Notes: generated by a model not told the origin, from the sequence alone. Positions 41,225-50,422 are shown, counted from the first letter of the stretch. The stretch is 64,000 bases of DNA from Candidatus Omnitrophota bacterium (GCA_023248155.1 JAHFFE010000001.1:148873-212872); one strand, 5' to 3'. Numbers and translations are program-made.

Positions 41225-42250
41225 ATGCATCGTAAATGGATTGTTTTTATTATTTTAGCGGCGGCAGGGCTGACGGAGCTTCCTTCACCGGCGCAGGCTT
41301 CATGCGGTTCTGCTTCATGTCCGGCGGACACTTCGTCCTGGGGTGATCGCAAAGCGGGCGATGTCGAGCTGGGTTATCAGTTTGAATATGTCGAGCAGGA
41401 TCAGCATCAGATTGGCCGGCATAGCGCTGCGTTCCGTGAAATCCGCGGGCACCATGACGAAGAATTTACCGTCAGCCGCGTGCATCGGCTCTCGGCTTCC
41501 GCTGAATTGACCGACCGGTTGGGCGTTGATTTCAAACTGCCGTTTGTGAACCGGTCACACGCGCATATCCATCGCCATGGCGGCGCCGATATCCTCGAAA
41601 GCTGGGACTTGTCCGGTCTGGGTGATTTGGCAATGACGGTGCGGTATGATTTCTGGAAACCGGAAAATCGTCGGCTGCCAACGCTAACGGCCATTGCCGG
41701 CGGCGAGTTTCCGACAGGTTCTTATAACGAGAAAAATTCCGATGGAGATGTCGCGGAACTGGGCATACAACCCGGCAGCCATTCAACCGATTTCATTGTC
41801 GGGTTGGCGTCGCGGCAGATGTTCCAGGCAAAACGGCTGACGGGCGGCACTGGCCCGCTCCCGATTTTTTTCAGCGTGATCGGTCAGCTTAACGGTAAAG
41901 GAACCGACGATTACCGTTTGGGCGACACGCTGCAGGTGACGATGGGAACTTCCTATCCGGTGTTTCCGAAAGTGGGCCTGCTGGGGCAGATCAATTTTCT
42001 GCTCAGGGGCCGCGACGATAAGGGGAGCACCCGCGAAGAGATTCAGAAAACCGGCGGCGAGTTTTTATATCTTTCCCCGGGGCTGGAGTTCCGCCCGAAT
42101 GAAAACTGGCGCATTTATGGCCTGGCGCAGATCCCGGTTTATCAGCGCGTCAATCTGATTCAGACGGTATCCGATTACAATCTGCTGTTCGGAGCGACCT
42201 ACCGGTTCCATAATCTGCTCGGTTCAAGAAGATCAAAGAAGCCGTTATAA
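41225..42250 (+). CDS. outer-membrane beta-barrel protein (MetA-pathway/transporter-like)
   Basis: Signal peptide, alternating amphipathic strands, and a terminal-strand-like LLFGATYRF, followed by a 13-aa extension encoded by the direct repeat. Confidence 0.55.
   Translation: MHRKWIVFIILAAAGLTELPSPAQASCGSASCPADTSSWGDRKAGDVELGYQFEYVEQDQHQIGRHSAAFREIRGHHDEEFTVSRVHRLSASAELTDRLGVDFKLPFVNRSHAHIHRHGGADILESWDLSGLGDLAMTVRYDFWKPENRRLPTLTAIAGGEFPTGSYNEKNSDGDVAELGIQPGSHSTDFIVGLASRQMFQAKRLTGGTGPLPIFFSVIGQLNGKGTDDYRLGDTLQVTMGTSYPVFPKVGLLGQINFLLRGRDDKGSTREEIQKTGGEFLYLSPGLEFRPNENWRIYGLAQIPVYQRVNLIQTVSDYNLLFGATYRFHNLLGSRRSKKPL
42206..42240 (+). repeat. direct repeat copy A (TTCCnnAATCTGCTnGGTTCAAGAAGATC...)
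   Basis: Matches 43543-43577 at about 33 of 38 positions, with a 23-nt core carrying one mismatch. Confidence 0.8.
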
Positions 42251-42272
42251 TGCCAAATGTTATAATAAAACC

Positions 42273-43526
42273 GTGAGCGATTACTCAACAAGACCTCTTG
42301 TTGCCATCGGAGCAATCTGTTTTTTGTTTGCTTTGCTTGTTTGGCCGGTGATTTGGACCGGTCGCCAGACAACTCCGGAAGCCTACGATCAAGAAACCTA
42401 TCATCTTCCGGCGATTCGGTTTCTGATTGACCAAGAATCCAATTTCCGTGAATTTCCTTGCCCCAACCTGCCAGGTTACCATCTAGTAATGGCAACTGCC
42501 TCACGCTTCGTGGGCGAGGGACGGTGGCTTCAATGGATCAACAGTTTTTTTGGATTGGCGGTTGTCCTTATTGTTTTTGCCTATGCGACAACGGTCATTG
42601 AACTATGGACAGCATTTGTTTTGGTTCTGCCGTTGCTCTGTTCGAGCTATCTGCTCAAGGGTTCCATATGGCTCATGACCGATAATGCAGCATGGCTGAT
42701 GGTTGTTCTTGCCTTGGGTGATGCTCTAACCGCACGCCGACTTACGCCCTGGCGGTGTATCGGGTGGGGGGCATTAGTAATCGGCGCAGTTTTGGTTCGA
42801 CAAACCCATATCTGGCTGGTCATTCCAATGGCTTATGCTTTTTTGGGGGGAATTTCAGAACAAAAAGGTGCTGTTCGCGCACAATCTGTTACGGCAGGTC
42901 TCATGAGTATCTTGGCGCTTTTCTTGCTGCTTGCAGCTGCCTGGAATCTCTGGGGAGGGCCGGTCCCACCTGCTTTTGTTGCCATACATTGGGTGCATAT
43001 AAACCTCACCTCGATTACGCTTGCTATGGCACTGCTTGGGTTCTTTGGATTGTTCTATCCAAAACCAAAAAACAGCCTGCCATGGTGGGGGGGATTCATT
43101 GGATTGCTGACTGCTTTGTTATGGCCTACGGCGTATGATATTGCGCAGGGACGGTGGGGGGGCACTGTCTGGGAGCTTGCCAGGCGAGTGCCAACCATCG
43201 GCCGCCGGTCGTTATTATTTCCACCGTTGGCGATAATGGGAGGCATTCTGCTGGCCTCCTGGGGATGCGCAATCACCGCTGATCCATTACGGCGACGTCG
43301 AGCTATTTTGCTTTGTGTTGCTTTTATGAGCTGGCTGGTTGTTCAACCGCTCAACTCCCAAACATTTCAGCGCTATGCCGAACCCATGGTTTTGATTCTG
43401 CTCATTTGGTTTTCGGCATTTTGCGTTTTTGAAAAAAAACCATCCAATGATAAATGGCACTGGTTGAGTCCACTTTTGCTGGGTGTGATGCAATTAGCAG
43501 TAACGTTACTGTCCATCTGGAAATGA
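42273..43526 (+). CDS. GT-C fold membrane glycosyltransferase (GT39/ArnT/PMT-like)
   Basis: About 11 TM helices; first-loop AYDQETYHLP resembles the DE motif of the ArnT/PMT family; GTG start 6 nt after a TATAAT; GC visibly lower (about 47%). Confidence 0.55.
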   Translation: MSDYSTRPLVAIGAICFLFALLVWPVIWTGRQTTPEAYDQETYHLPAIRFLIDQESNFREFPCPNLPGYHLVMATASRFVGEGRWLQWINSFFGLAVVLIVFAYATTVIELWTAFVLVLPLLCSSYLLKGSIWLMTDNAAWLMVVLALGDALTARRLTPWRCIGWGALVIGAVLVRQTHIWLVIPMAYAFLGGISEQKGAVRAQSVTAGLMSILALFLLLAAAWNLWGGPVPPAFVAIHWVHINLTSITLAMALLGFFGLFYPKPKNSLPWWGGFIGLLTALLWPTAYDIAQGRWGGTVWELARRVPTIGRRSLLFPPLAIMGGILLASWGCAITADPLRRRRAILLCVAFMSWLVVQPLNSQTFQRYAEPMVLILLIWFSAFCVFEKKPSNDKWHWLSPLLLGVMQLAVTLLSIWK

Positions 43527-43542
43527 GATTGTCTTTTTAGTG

Positions 43543-43577
43543 TTCCGCAATCTGCTGGGTTCAAGAAGATCGAGGGA
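43543..43577 (+). repeat. direct repeat copy B
   Basis: See copy A; in one frame this copy encodes ...VFRNLLGSRRSRE*, mirroring the ...RFHNLLGSRRSKKPL* encoded at copy A. Confidence 0.8.
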
Positions 43578-43598
43578 ATAGAATAAATTAAAACAAAA

Positions 43599-44297
43599 AT
43601 GAATATATTGCCAAACTCGATTTCATTGGAATCAGCGCTGTTATTAGGCACCGGACTTGTGCTGGGCATCCGCCACGCGTTTGACCGCGATCATGTGGCG
43701 GCTGTGACCCATTTTGTTTCGCTAGAGCCGAATCCGCTTAAGAGCGCCTGGTTCGGCCTTCGGTGGGCGCTGGGGCATGCGATCTCGGTGGCGTTGTTAG
43801 GCGTCCTGATTTTATGGTTCAACCTGAAATTTGATCCGTCCTTTGAGCGGACCGCCGAACTGTTCATCGGGATTGCATTGGTAGCGCTGGGCATCTGGCG
43901 GCTGTTTCTTCTCTGGCAGGAGCGCCAACATTCCCATGAACATCTGCATCCCGAAAATAAGAGCAAGCATAGCCACAGCCATTCGCATGAGCCGGGCAGT
44001 CCGCATGTCCATTGGCTGGCACCCACGCTGGTCGGCATCATGCATGGCGCCGCTGGAACGGTGGAAATATTTGTTTTAATTCCGCTGACGTTCATGGCCA
44101 GCCGTTGGCTGGCTGCGTCATACATTCTGCTTTTCAGCGCCGGTTGCGCATTTTCGATGACCCTTTACGGATACCTGGCCGGCCATTTTTACCACTGCAC
44201 CAACCAAGCCGGCCGTAAAATCTACCAGGTTCTTGTGGTGCTGACCTCGCTGTCGGGGTTTGTGCTGGGAGCCGTCTGGATTCTAAAGAACATCTAA
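43599..44297 (+). CDS. NicO/RcnA family nickel/cobalt transporter
   Basis: HAFDRDH (HxxDxDH) signature in TM1-2 and a His-rich loop HSHEHLHPENKSKHSHSHSHEPGSPHVH. Confidence 0.75.
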   Translation: MNILPNSISLESALLLGTGLVLGIRHAFDRDHVAAVTHFVSLEPNPLKSAWFGLRWALGHAISVALLGVLILWFNLKFDPSFERTAELFIGIALVALGIWRLFLLWQERQHSHEHLHPENKSKHSHSHSHEPGSPHVHWLAPTLVGIMHGAAGTVEIFVLIPLTFMASRWLAASYILLFSAGCAFSMTLYGYLAGHFYHCTNQAGRKIYQVLVVLTSLSGFVLGAVWILKNI

Positions 44298-44350
44298 CCG
44301 CACGTTTTAGGGACTGCCTCTCTCGTGTTATAATTCTCTATTGTCTCGTC

Positions 44351-44423
44351 GCCGGCGTGGCTCAATGGTAGAGCAGCTCATTCGTAATGAGCGGGTTGGA
44401 GGTTCGATTCCTCTCGCCGGCTT
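44351..44423 (+). tRNA. tRNA-Thr (anticodon CGU)
   Basis: Cloverleaf folded by hand: 7-bp acceptor GCCGGCG/CGCCGGC, D-arm GCUC/GAGC, anticodon stem GCUCA/UGAGC with loop UUCGUAA, T-arm GGAGG-UUCGAUU-CCUCU; followed by a T-run. Confidence 0.9.
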
Positions 44424-44458
44424 TTTTATTTGAACCCTGTCTGCAGGGAGGTGTTCTT

Positions 44459-44914
44459 TTGAATAAATTATTTGGTTTGAAACCATGGTTTTTGAGCAAA
44501 CAAACCCAAATTGTCATCCTCTGTTGCATAATCGGATTATTTTCAATAGTGGTCGCATTATATTTCTGTATGGACAAAATTAACAAGGTCACCTATCCCG
44601 AATACAAACAGTTGATTGCTCAAGGACAGTTGATAGAAGGCACCGTGATTAATTCTGAGTATCAAGTCATGATGATAGAGTCAAATATTTCCGGAACTCA
44701 AGCGAGTCCTGTTTTTTGGGTAACGATGGAATATTTGGATCCGGAAACAAAAGAAGAAAGAACTCTTCTTGAAAACTGGCATCCAATGTGGAGAAACCAC
44801 CTGCAAAAGGGGGACAAAGTTCACCTTTATTATTTTCCGTCAAACAAACGTGTCAAAATATCATCCAAAAATAATTATCTGTTTGATAGAGAATTTGATT
44901 TGTCGAGAAAGTAG
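44459..44914 (+). CDS. hypothetical membrane-anchored protein on a low-GC insert
   Basis: About 37% GC against about 60% in the surrounding sequence; single N-terminal TM helix; sits immediately 3' of the tRNA-Thr. Confidence 0.45.
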   Translation: MNKLFGLKPWFLSKQTQIVILCCIIGLFSIVVALYFCMDKINKVTYPEYKQLIAQGQLIEGTVINSEYQVMMIESNISGTQASPVFWVTMEYLDPETKEERTLLENWHPMWRNHLQKGDKVHLYYFPSNKRVKISSKNNYLFDREFDLSRK

Positions 44915-44926
44915 ATTAGATATCTT

Positions 44927-45496
44927 TTAAGCGGGGGAGAGCGCTTTTTGGACGAGCGCCAGCTGTTCGGGGGTCAGCGAAAGTTTTAACGCGGCGGCCC
45001 GGCCTTTTTCGCCCATTTTCCGCCAGGTTTTCCGCAGAATTTCCACCATCGTCGCTTCCGGTTCTTTATGCAGCAGGTCGGTGAACTGATGTTCCAAAAA
45101 GACCAGGCAGAGCGCGTCTTCCACGATTTGTGATTCCGGGTCGCGCAGATTTTTCTTTAAGATGATCCGCTCAACGGTAGCGATTGATTCCGGCAGGTAG
45201 CCGGCCTCGCGCATCAGGGCGCCGACTTTTTCAGCGTGCATCCCTTTGAGTTTTTCCCGCCAGGCCAGATAGCTTTTGCGGTCGTCCGGGAAACTGTCGC
45301 GCGGAATTTCCCATCGGGCGATATGCTGGCCGCGCGCGGCGATTAATAGTTCTTCCGAGGGGTTCGGTTCCAGCTTTTTGACCCACTCGGTGACCCACTC
45401 TGAATAGGGGAATTCGTATTTTTTAGGGTCGGTCCGGTTGACCCGGTCGATCGCTTCCAGCACTTTTTCCAAACGATTTTCACTCATCGCTTTCAT
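44927..45496 (-). CDS. conserved hypothetical protein
   Basis: 189-aa ORF with host-like GC content; no catalytic motif recognised. Confidence 0.5.
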   Translation of the reverse strand: MKAMSENRLEKVLEAIDRVNRTDPKKYEFPYSEWVTEWVKKLEPNPSEELLIAARGQHIARWEIPRDSFPDDRKSYLAWREKLKGMHAEKVGALMREAGYLPESIATVERIILKKNLRDPESQIVEDALCLVFLEHQFTDLLHKEPEATMVEILRKTWRKMGEKGRAAALKLSLTPEQLALVQKALSPA

Positions 45497-45558
45497 TATA
45501 GATTAATTTTGTGCTATAATCCATGTAGCTGCATTTGTAGCTACATACAGGAGGCATC

Positions 45559-45834
45559 ATGGTCCAGTTCGTGAATGTTCGTCAATTGAAAAATCAGCTC
45601 TCGGAAGTGATCCGCCGAAGCCGAAAAGGCGATGTGGTTGTGACATCGCGCGGCCGGCCGACCGCCATCCTGCACGCCATCTGTGAAGAAGACCTGGAGG
45701 ATTATCTGATCACGAATTCGCCGCGTTTTAAAAAAAGCCTGGAATATTCCTATCGCGAATATCAGGTTAAAGGAGGGGCCTCTCTCCAGTCGCTGTTAAA
45801 AAAAGAGGCTGCCGGCAAGCGTGTTCGTCGTTGA
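45559..45834 (+). CDS. type II antitoxin, Phd/YefM family
   Basis: 91 aa; N-terminal VNVRQLKNQLSEVIRRSRKGDVVVTSRGRPTAIL typical of Phd/YefM. Confidence 0.8.
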   Translation: MVQFVNVRQLKNQLSEVIRRSRKGDVVVTSRGRPTAILHAICEEDLEDYLITNSPRFKKSLEYSYREYQVKGGASLQSLLKKEAAGKRVRR

Positions 45835-46084
45835 GTTTACCCCCGCCGCTGTTCGTGACTTAAAGCGAATAGATCCAGGAGTCCGCAAAAAGCTTTTGGG
45901 AGAGACTCGGGTGCTGGAGCCGGATCCGTTTCCAAAAGGAACTCCGCAAATTAAATTATTGGCAGGAATCCGTCCGCCCCATTTCAGGCTCCGTTCCGGC
46001 GATTATCGAATTGTCTACAGGATTGAGAGAAAGACGGTTGTCGTAGTTCGTATCGCGCATCGCAGGGAGGTCTACCGGTTTTAA
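45821..46084 (+). CDS. type II toxin, RelE/ParE family
   Basis: 87 aa; overlaps the antitoxin gene by 14 nt; C-terminal YRIVYRIERKTVVVVRIAHRREVY pattern. Confidence 0.8.
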   Translation: MFVVEFTPAAVRDLKRIDPGVRKKLLGETRVLEPDPFPKGTPQIKLLAGIRPPHFRLRSGDYRIVYRIERKTVVVVRIAHRREVYRF

Positions 46085-46115
46085 AACAAGGCAATAGAGG
46101 AGATAAATTTGCAGT

Positions 46116-46823
46116 ATGGCCAAGAAACCGTCTAATGTAGAAGTCTGGTTGGAGCGGGAAACCTCTTTTACGCGCAGAGCGCTTGAAAGCGCCTCCAGAC
46201 ATTTCGACTCCAACGATGAGCTTACAGTGAATACGCTTGAAGCCGTCTACGGACAAGAAAACAGTTTCGGTATCTTGATGGGAAAACGCGGCTCAACCAA
46301 TCGAGCTGGCCATTTTCAGTTCGAGCCGCCTACTGCCAAACGGTACAGTTTAAATAGTTCAAAGGGGAACGATCAGCGCTTTGACATCGATCGCGCCGCT
46401 TCCGCAGCTGCAAGATACTTAAAAGACCTTAATAGCTGGTTCGGCGAGAGGACGAGTTTAGGGGGAGGGGTGTACACTGTCCCTGTCAAAAGCATCTCAG
46501 AACGAAAGAAATTCGTTCTTGGAGCTTTCAATGCCGGCGAAGGGCGCGTTGCCCGCGCTCAACATCTTGCCCAGGAGGATGGGAGGGATCCCCGTTTGTG
46601 GAGTGAGGTGGTGAACTACATTGCAGCGGCCAAAGCTCTACCGAAGAAACAGGAGGAGACTAGGGCATACGTCGAGATGATTCCCCTCTATGAAACGGAG
46701 TTCGCCAAGAAGTCACCAGCCAATAAGACTTTGAAAAAGAAAGGGATCAGAAAGGGGAAGTACCTTTGTACCGACGGGCATTGGGTGACAATTGATGGCA
46801 GGCCGGTATTCATCTGTGATTAA
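46116..46823 (+). CDS. lytic transglycosylase (SLT domain) protein
   Basis: EAVYGQENSFG catalytic-Glu region and a GHFQFEP (GLMQ-like) motif. Confidence 0.65.
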   Translation: MAKKPSNVEVWLERETSFTRRALESASRHFDSNDELTVNTLEAVYGQENSFGILMGKRGSTNRAGHFQFEPPTAKRYSLNSSKGNDQRFDIDRAASAAARYLKDLNSWFGERTSLGGGVYTVPVKSISERKKFVLGAFNAGEGRVARAQHLAQEDGRDPRLWSEVVNYIAAAKALPKKQEETRAYVEMIPLYETEFAKKSPANKTLKKKGIRKGKYLCTDGHWVTIDGRPVFICD

Positions 46824-47268
46824 GGGGCGCCAGCCATTGTTTTATCGAATCCTGACGTTTCTGGTTGTCTGGCTCGTTTTTTGTTCAACTGCTTTTTCGA
46901 TCCGTGTCGGAGGATTGCAGGAAATCTATGAGACACCGATTCCCGCTGAGATTCGCAGAAACTTCAACCGCATTCTTCAGATCCGCACCGCATCCCCTGA
47001 AGCCACTTTGACAGTTCTCAATGGAGAGAAATTCCTCGATATTTACGCGAAGAAATTCCTCGTCGTCGGCATGGAGCCCAACGAATTCGGCGGCGTTTGG
47101 GCGGTCATCGCCATCGAAGGCAATCTAAAGGATGCCTTCCTGCTGTGGCTGTATGATGTTGATCGCGATGAATATGATTTGCGCAACGTTGAGAAGCTCC
47201 CCGACCACTTGGAGGAAGAACTTGTTCGGAAACTTCGAGATCCGGCCTATCGAAAGTATTGGTTGTAG
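46792..47268 (+). CDS. hypothetical protein
   Basis: 158-aa ORF with an N-terminal TM helix; start uncertain. Confidence 0.4.
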   Translation: MMAGRYSSVIKGRQPLFYRILTFLVVWLVFCSTAFSIRVGGLQEIYETPIPAEIRRNFNRILQIRTASPEATLTVLNGEKFLDIYAKKFLVVGMEPNEFGGVWAVIAIEGNLKDAFLLWLYDVDRDEYDLRNVEKLPDHLEEELVRKLRDPAYRKYWL

Positions 47269-47361
47269 GCGCCCTGCTAATGTGGGGCTAACAGAAGAGG
47301 ACGAATGCGGATGAAAGATGGGGTATCAGTCAGGAAACAAGGGCAATCAGAGAGAATAATC

Positions 47362-48147
47362 ATGCGACAGATCACCTTATTTTTAATGGTCCTATTTGTT
47401 GGCGTTGGCTCCGCGGAAGCGGTTCTGAAAACCAAATCGGTGGAATATCATCACGGCGATGTTCTGCTGGAAGGGTACCTGGCTTATGACGATTCTTTTT
47501 CAGGACCGCGTCCCGGTGTTTTGGTGGTGCACGAATGGCGCGGCTTGAACGATTACACCAAGCATCGGGCCGAGCAGTTGGCCGGGTTGGGCTATATCGC
47601 GTTTGCCGCCGATATGTACGGCAGGGGAATTTACGCTAAAGATCACGAAGAAGCCGGGAAATTGTCCGGCATTTACCGCAATGACCGTCATCTAATGCGT
47701 GCTCGCGCGCAAGCCGCGCTTGACTGTATTCAAAGCCAGCCCGGCGTGGATGGCAATAAGCTGGCGGCGATCGGTTACTGTTTTGGCGGATCGACCGTGT
47801 TGGAATTGGCGCGCAGCGGAGCGGATCTGAAAGGAGTGGTCAGTTTTCATGGGCCGCTCGATACGCCGAATCCGAACGATGCAAAAAATATCCGAGGCAA
47901 AGTGCTGGTTCTTACCGGCGCGGCCGATTCATTTATTCCGCCGAAGCAGATTGCAGCTTTTGAGCAGGAAATGAAATCAGCCGGCGTTGATTACCGGGTT
48001 ATTCAGTACCCGGGCGCTGTGCACAGTTTCACCGTGCCGGATGCCGGTAATGATCCGTCCAAAGGGGTGGCCTATAATCCCGAGGCCGACAAAAAATCAT
48101 GGGACGAAATGAAGCAATTCCTGCAGAAAATTTTTAAAGCGGCTTAA
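47362..48147 (+). CDS. dienelactone hydrolase family protein
   Basis: Signal peptide; VVHEWRGLNDY...GYCFGGS nucleophile motif; DLH fold. Confidence 0.8.
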   Translation: MRQITLFLMVLFVGVGSAEAVLKTKSVEYHHGDVLLEGYLAYDDSFSGPRPGVLVVHEWRGLNDYTKHRAEQLAGLGYIAFAADMYGRGIYAKDHEEAGKLSGIYRNDRHLMRARAQAALDCIQSQPGVDGNKLAAIGYCFGGSTVLELARSGADLKGVVSFHGPLDTPNPNDAKNIRGKVLVLTGAADSFIPPKQIAAFEQEMKSAGVDYRVIQYPGAVHSFTVPDAGNDPSKGVAYNPEADKKSWDEMKQFLQKIFKAA

Positions 48148-50422
48148 GACGAATCAGCGTTTGTCCCGGTTCCGCTGTTTCGGGATGGAAGCCGGCCAGA
48201 TGAATCTTAATGACCGGTTCGGATTTGTGCCAGGCTGCGGTCCAGCGCACGCGCGGCCGGTCCTGATCGGGATCAATCTGCACCGAAATAGGGCCGAATT
48301 CCGTCGGGGCCGGGCCGAACGCCAAAGAGCTTTTTTGCGACAGCCATTCCGGAAGAATGCCGGAACCCAAAATCAGCTGGCCGCCTTCTTCTCTGACAAA
48401 ACAGTTGCGCAACAGCAACATCCATTCTGCGGCGGCCCAAATATGCTGGCCGTCGCCCATGCAGCCGCCGCCGCTCCAGGGGTGAATTGCTTCCGGCCAT
48501 TGTCCCGTGGGGCTGGCGAGTTCCGCCACGCACCGCATCAGTTCCGCCGCGCGCGAATCTCCCGCGCGCAAAAATACCTGAGCGACATGCAGCGTTAAAT
48601 AGGGATTAACGCCGGAGTGGCTCATTTCCTGAAAGAATCCACCGCGGTAGAAACAGTTTTCGACCAGGTAGTTGGCGGTTGCCAGCAGACGGGGATCATC
48701 GGAGTTCCACAGTTTTAAAGGATAACCGACCGTGATTGATCCGATCGCGCCGGCATCCATGCGGCGGTAAGGCCCGGCTGGCATGGCCGGATGCCCGAAC
48801 CGGTCGCTGACTATTTTCAGACTCCGCTCAATACAGAGCATGAAATCGTCCGCCTGTTTTTCAAGATCCAACGCCTTGGCTGTATCGCCATACGCACGGA
48901 TCAGTGCGGCCGCGGCGCGCAGGCCGAGCACTCCCCAGAAATCGTCCCAATAATAATAATCGCTGGGCCCGAGATGTTCAGCGCTGTATCCGGGAGGGAA
49001 CAACCCTGCCTGCGGTGAGTCGGGCTTAGCCGGAATCCGTTTGCGCCGGATCCATCCGGCCGCGCGATAAATCATATCTTTCCATTCCGGTTTTGGCGCA
49101 CGGCCGGTGATGCTGCAAAATTGCGCGATGGCCCAAAGCCCTTCTCCGTTGGAATCCCACTCGCCTTCCTGCGAGAGAAAGTAGCCGGTCGGCGTTTGCC
49201 GCTTCGGAAACAGATCAATCACTTTCTCGGCGCGTCCGGCCAGCCCGGCGCACAACAGCCCATGAACGATGAACGCCGCGTCCCGGAACCAGAACCGCTT
49301 GTAGGTGTAGGGACCCGGATAAATATCTCCGGGACTGTGCAAGATTAATGAACGCAACGCGGCATCATAAAGAAACTGCCAATGCGCATTGGGGATTTTC
49401 AGCTGGCAGTTTCCGGCCAGCGCGCGGCTCCAGTCCTCGGCTCCTTCGTTTTCATTTTCCGGCGGCGCATTCGACTTTACCTTGCCCAGCGGAATATCGA
49501 TAAATACTTCGCGCGCTTCATTCGGCCGCACGGCGAACAGCACCGCGGCGCTGGCCATGCCGACTGAGCAACGAACAGAAAGTTCTTTTGCCGGTTCCTG
49601 AAGCTGGTGATAAACATCGCCTTGACGGAAATGAGAAAAATGGACCGAATCCGGTTTCTCGCCGAAAAAAACCAGTTGTCCGCCATTAACGCTCCAGCCG
49701 GCCGACTCGTCATGCAGCGTGATGTCGTTGATAAAACTGATTCCTTCCGGATTATACGGCCGCAGTGAAATGGCCAGCTTCGCGGCAACAGGGGATTCCA
49801 CGGTGAAGGTCATTCGGCAGGTGGGGACATCGGCCACGCGGATTACCTCGGCAACTGTTTTTAAATGCATGCCTTCCGACTCGGTTCGCGTAACCACCGA
49901 CGGAGATTTCTCAAACAGAAACTCCTGCGACGCCGAGATTGCCCGCGAGGGAATCAGCGGCGGCAGTTTGTCGGCAATGACCCAGCCGTCGACTGACCAG
50001 CCGTCCAGCCAGGGAGTGACCATTCCGCGGGCGTCGATGATCGGTAGTTCCGGAAAATCGGGAAGGCCTACGGCGGTCCAGTTGCGCTGCGTCAGATTAA
50101 TATGGGTCAGTGAAAAGGCGCGCGGAATGAAAGAATTATCCTTCGGATTAAACTGGCGTGTGATCCAGTAAGGCCAGACCCAGTCCATGTTGTATTGAAT
50201 CGTCTGGCTGTTGATCAGCCCGCGGGCGTGCAGAATCGCGGTGGCACGCAGAAGTTCGTTGGGCGCCGCTACATCGGAAGGCTGACCAAATTGCGCCAAA
50301 CGGGCCAGCAGCAAAAAAGGATCTGCGAAGCCACGGGAAATGGCCATCCGGCGGATGATGAATTTCAATGGCTGCCAGCGCATATAGAACCAGTATATCG
50401 CAACTTTTTCAGACAGGTTCAT
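48134..50422 (-). CDS. glycoside hydrolase, six-hairpin (GH15/GH63-like) family
   Basis: 762 aa; RFWFRDAAFIVHGLL and GLWAIAQF regions typical of (alpha/alpha)6 glucoamylase/glucosidase-like enzymes. Confidence 0.55.
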   Translation of the reverse strand: MNLSEKVAIYWFYMRWQPLKFIIRRMAISRGFADPFLLLARLAQFGQPSDVAAPNELLRATAILHARGLINSQTIQYNMDWVWPYWITRQFNPKDNSFIPRAFSLTHINLTQRNWTAVGLPDFPELPIIDARGMVTPWLDGWSVDGWVIADKLPPLIPSRAISASQEFLFEKSPSVVTRTESEGMHLKTVAEVIRVADVPTCRMTFTVESPVAAKLAISLRPYNPEGISFINDITLHDESAGWSVNGGQLVFFGEKPDSVHFSHFRQGDVYHQLQEPAKELSVRCSVGMASAAVLFAVRPNEAREVFIDIPLGKVKSNAPPENENEGAEDWSRALAGNCQLKIPNAHWQFLYDAALRSLILHSPGDIYPGPYTYKRFWFRDAAFIVHGLLCAGLAGRAEKVIDLFPKRQTPTGYFLSQEGEWDSNGEGLWAIAQFCSITGRAPKPEWKDMIYRAAGWIRRKRIPAKPDSPQAGLFPPGYSAEHLGPSDYYYWDDFWGVLGLRAAAALIRAYGDTAKALDLEKQADDFMLCIERSLKIVSDRFGHPAMPAGPYRRMDAGAIGSITVGYPLKLWNSDDPRLLATANYLVENCFYRGGFFQEMSHSGVNPYLTLHVAQVFLRAGDSRAAELMRCVAELASPTGQWPEAIHPWSGGGCMGDGQHIWAAAEWMLLLRNCFVREEGGQLILGSGILPEWLSQKSSLAFGPAPTEFGPISVQIDPDQDRPRVRWTAAWHKSEPVIKIHLAGFHPETAEPGQTLIRLKPL

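Noticed and set aside
44362-44592. 76-aa minus-strand ORF overlapping the tRNA-Thr
   Set aside because: Overlaps a confidently folded tRNA and the start of a low-GC gene; no support
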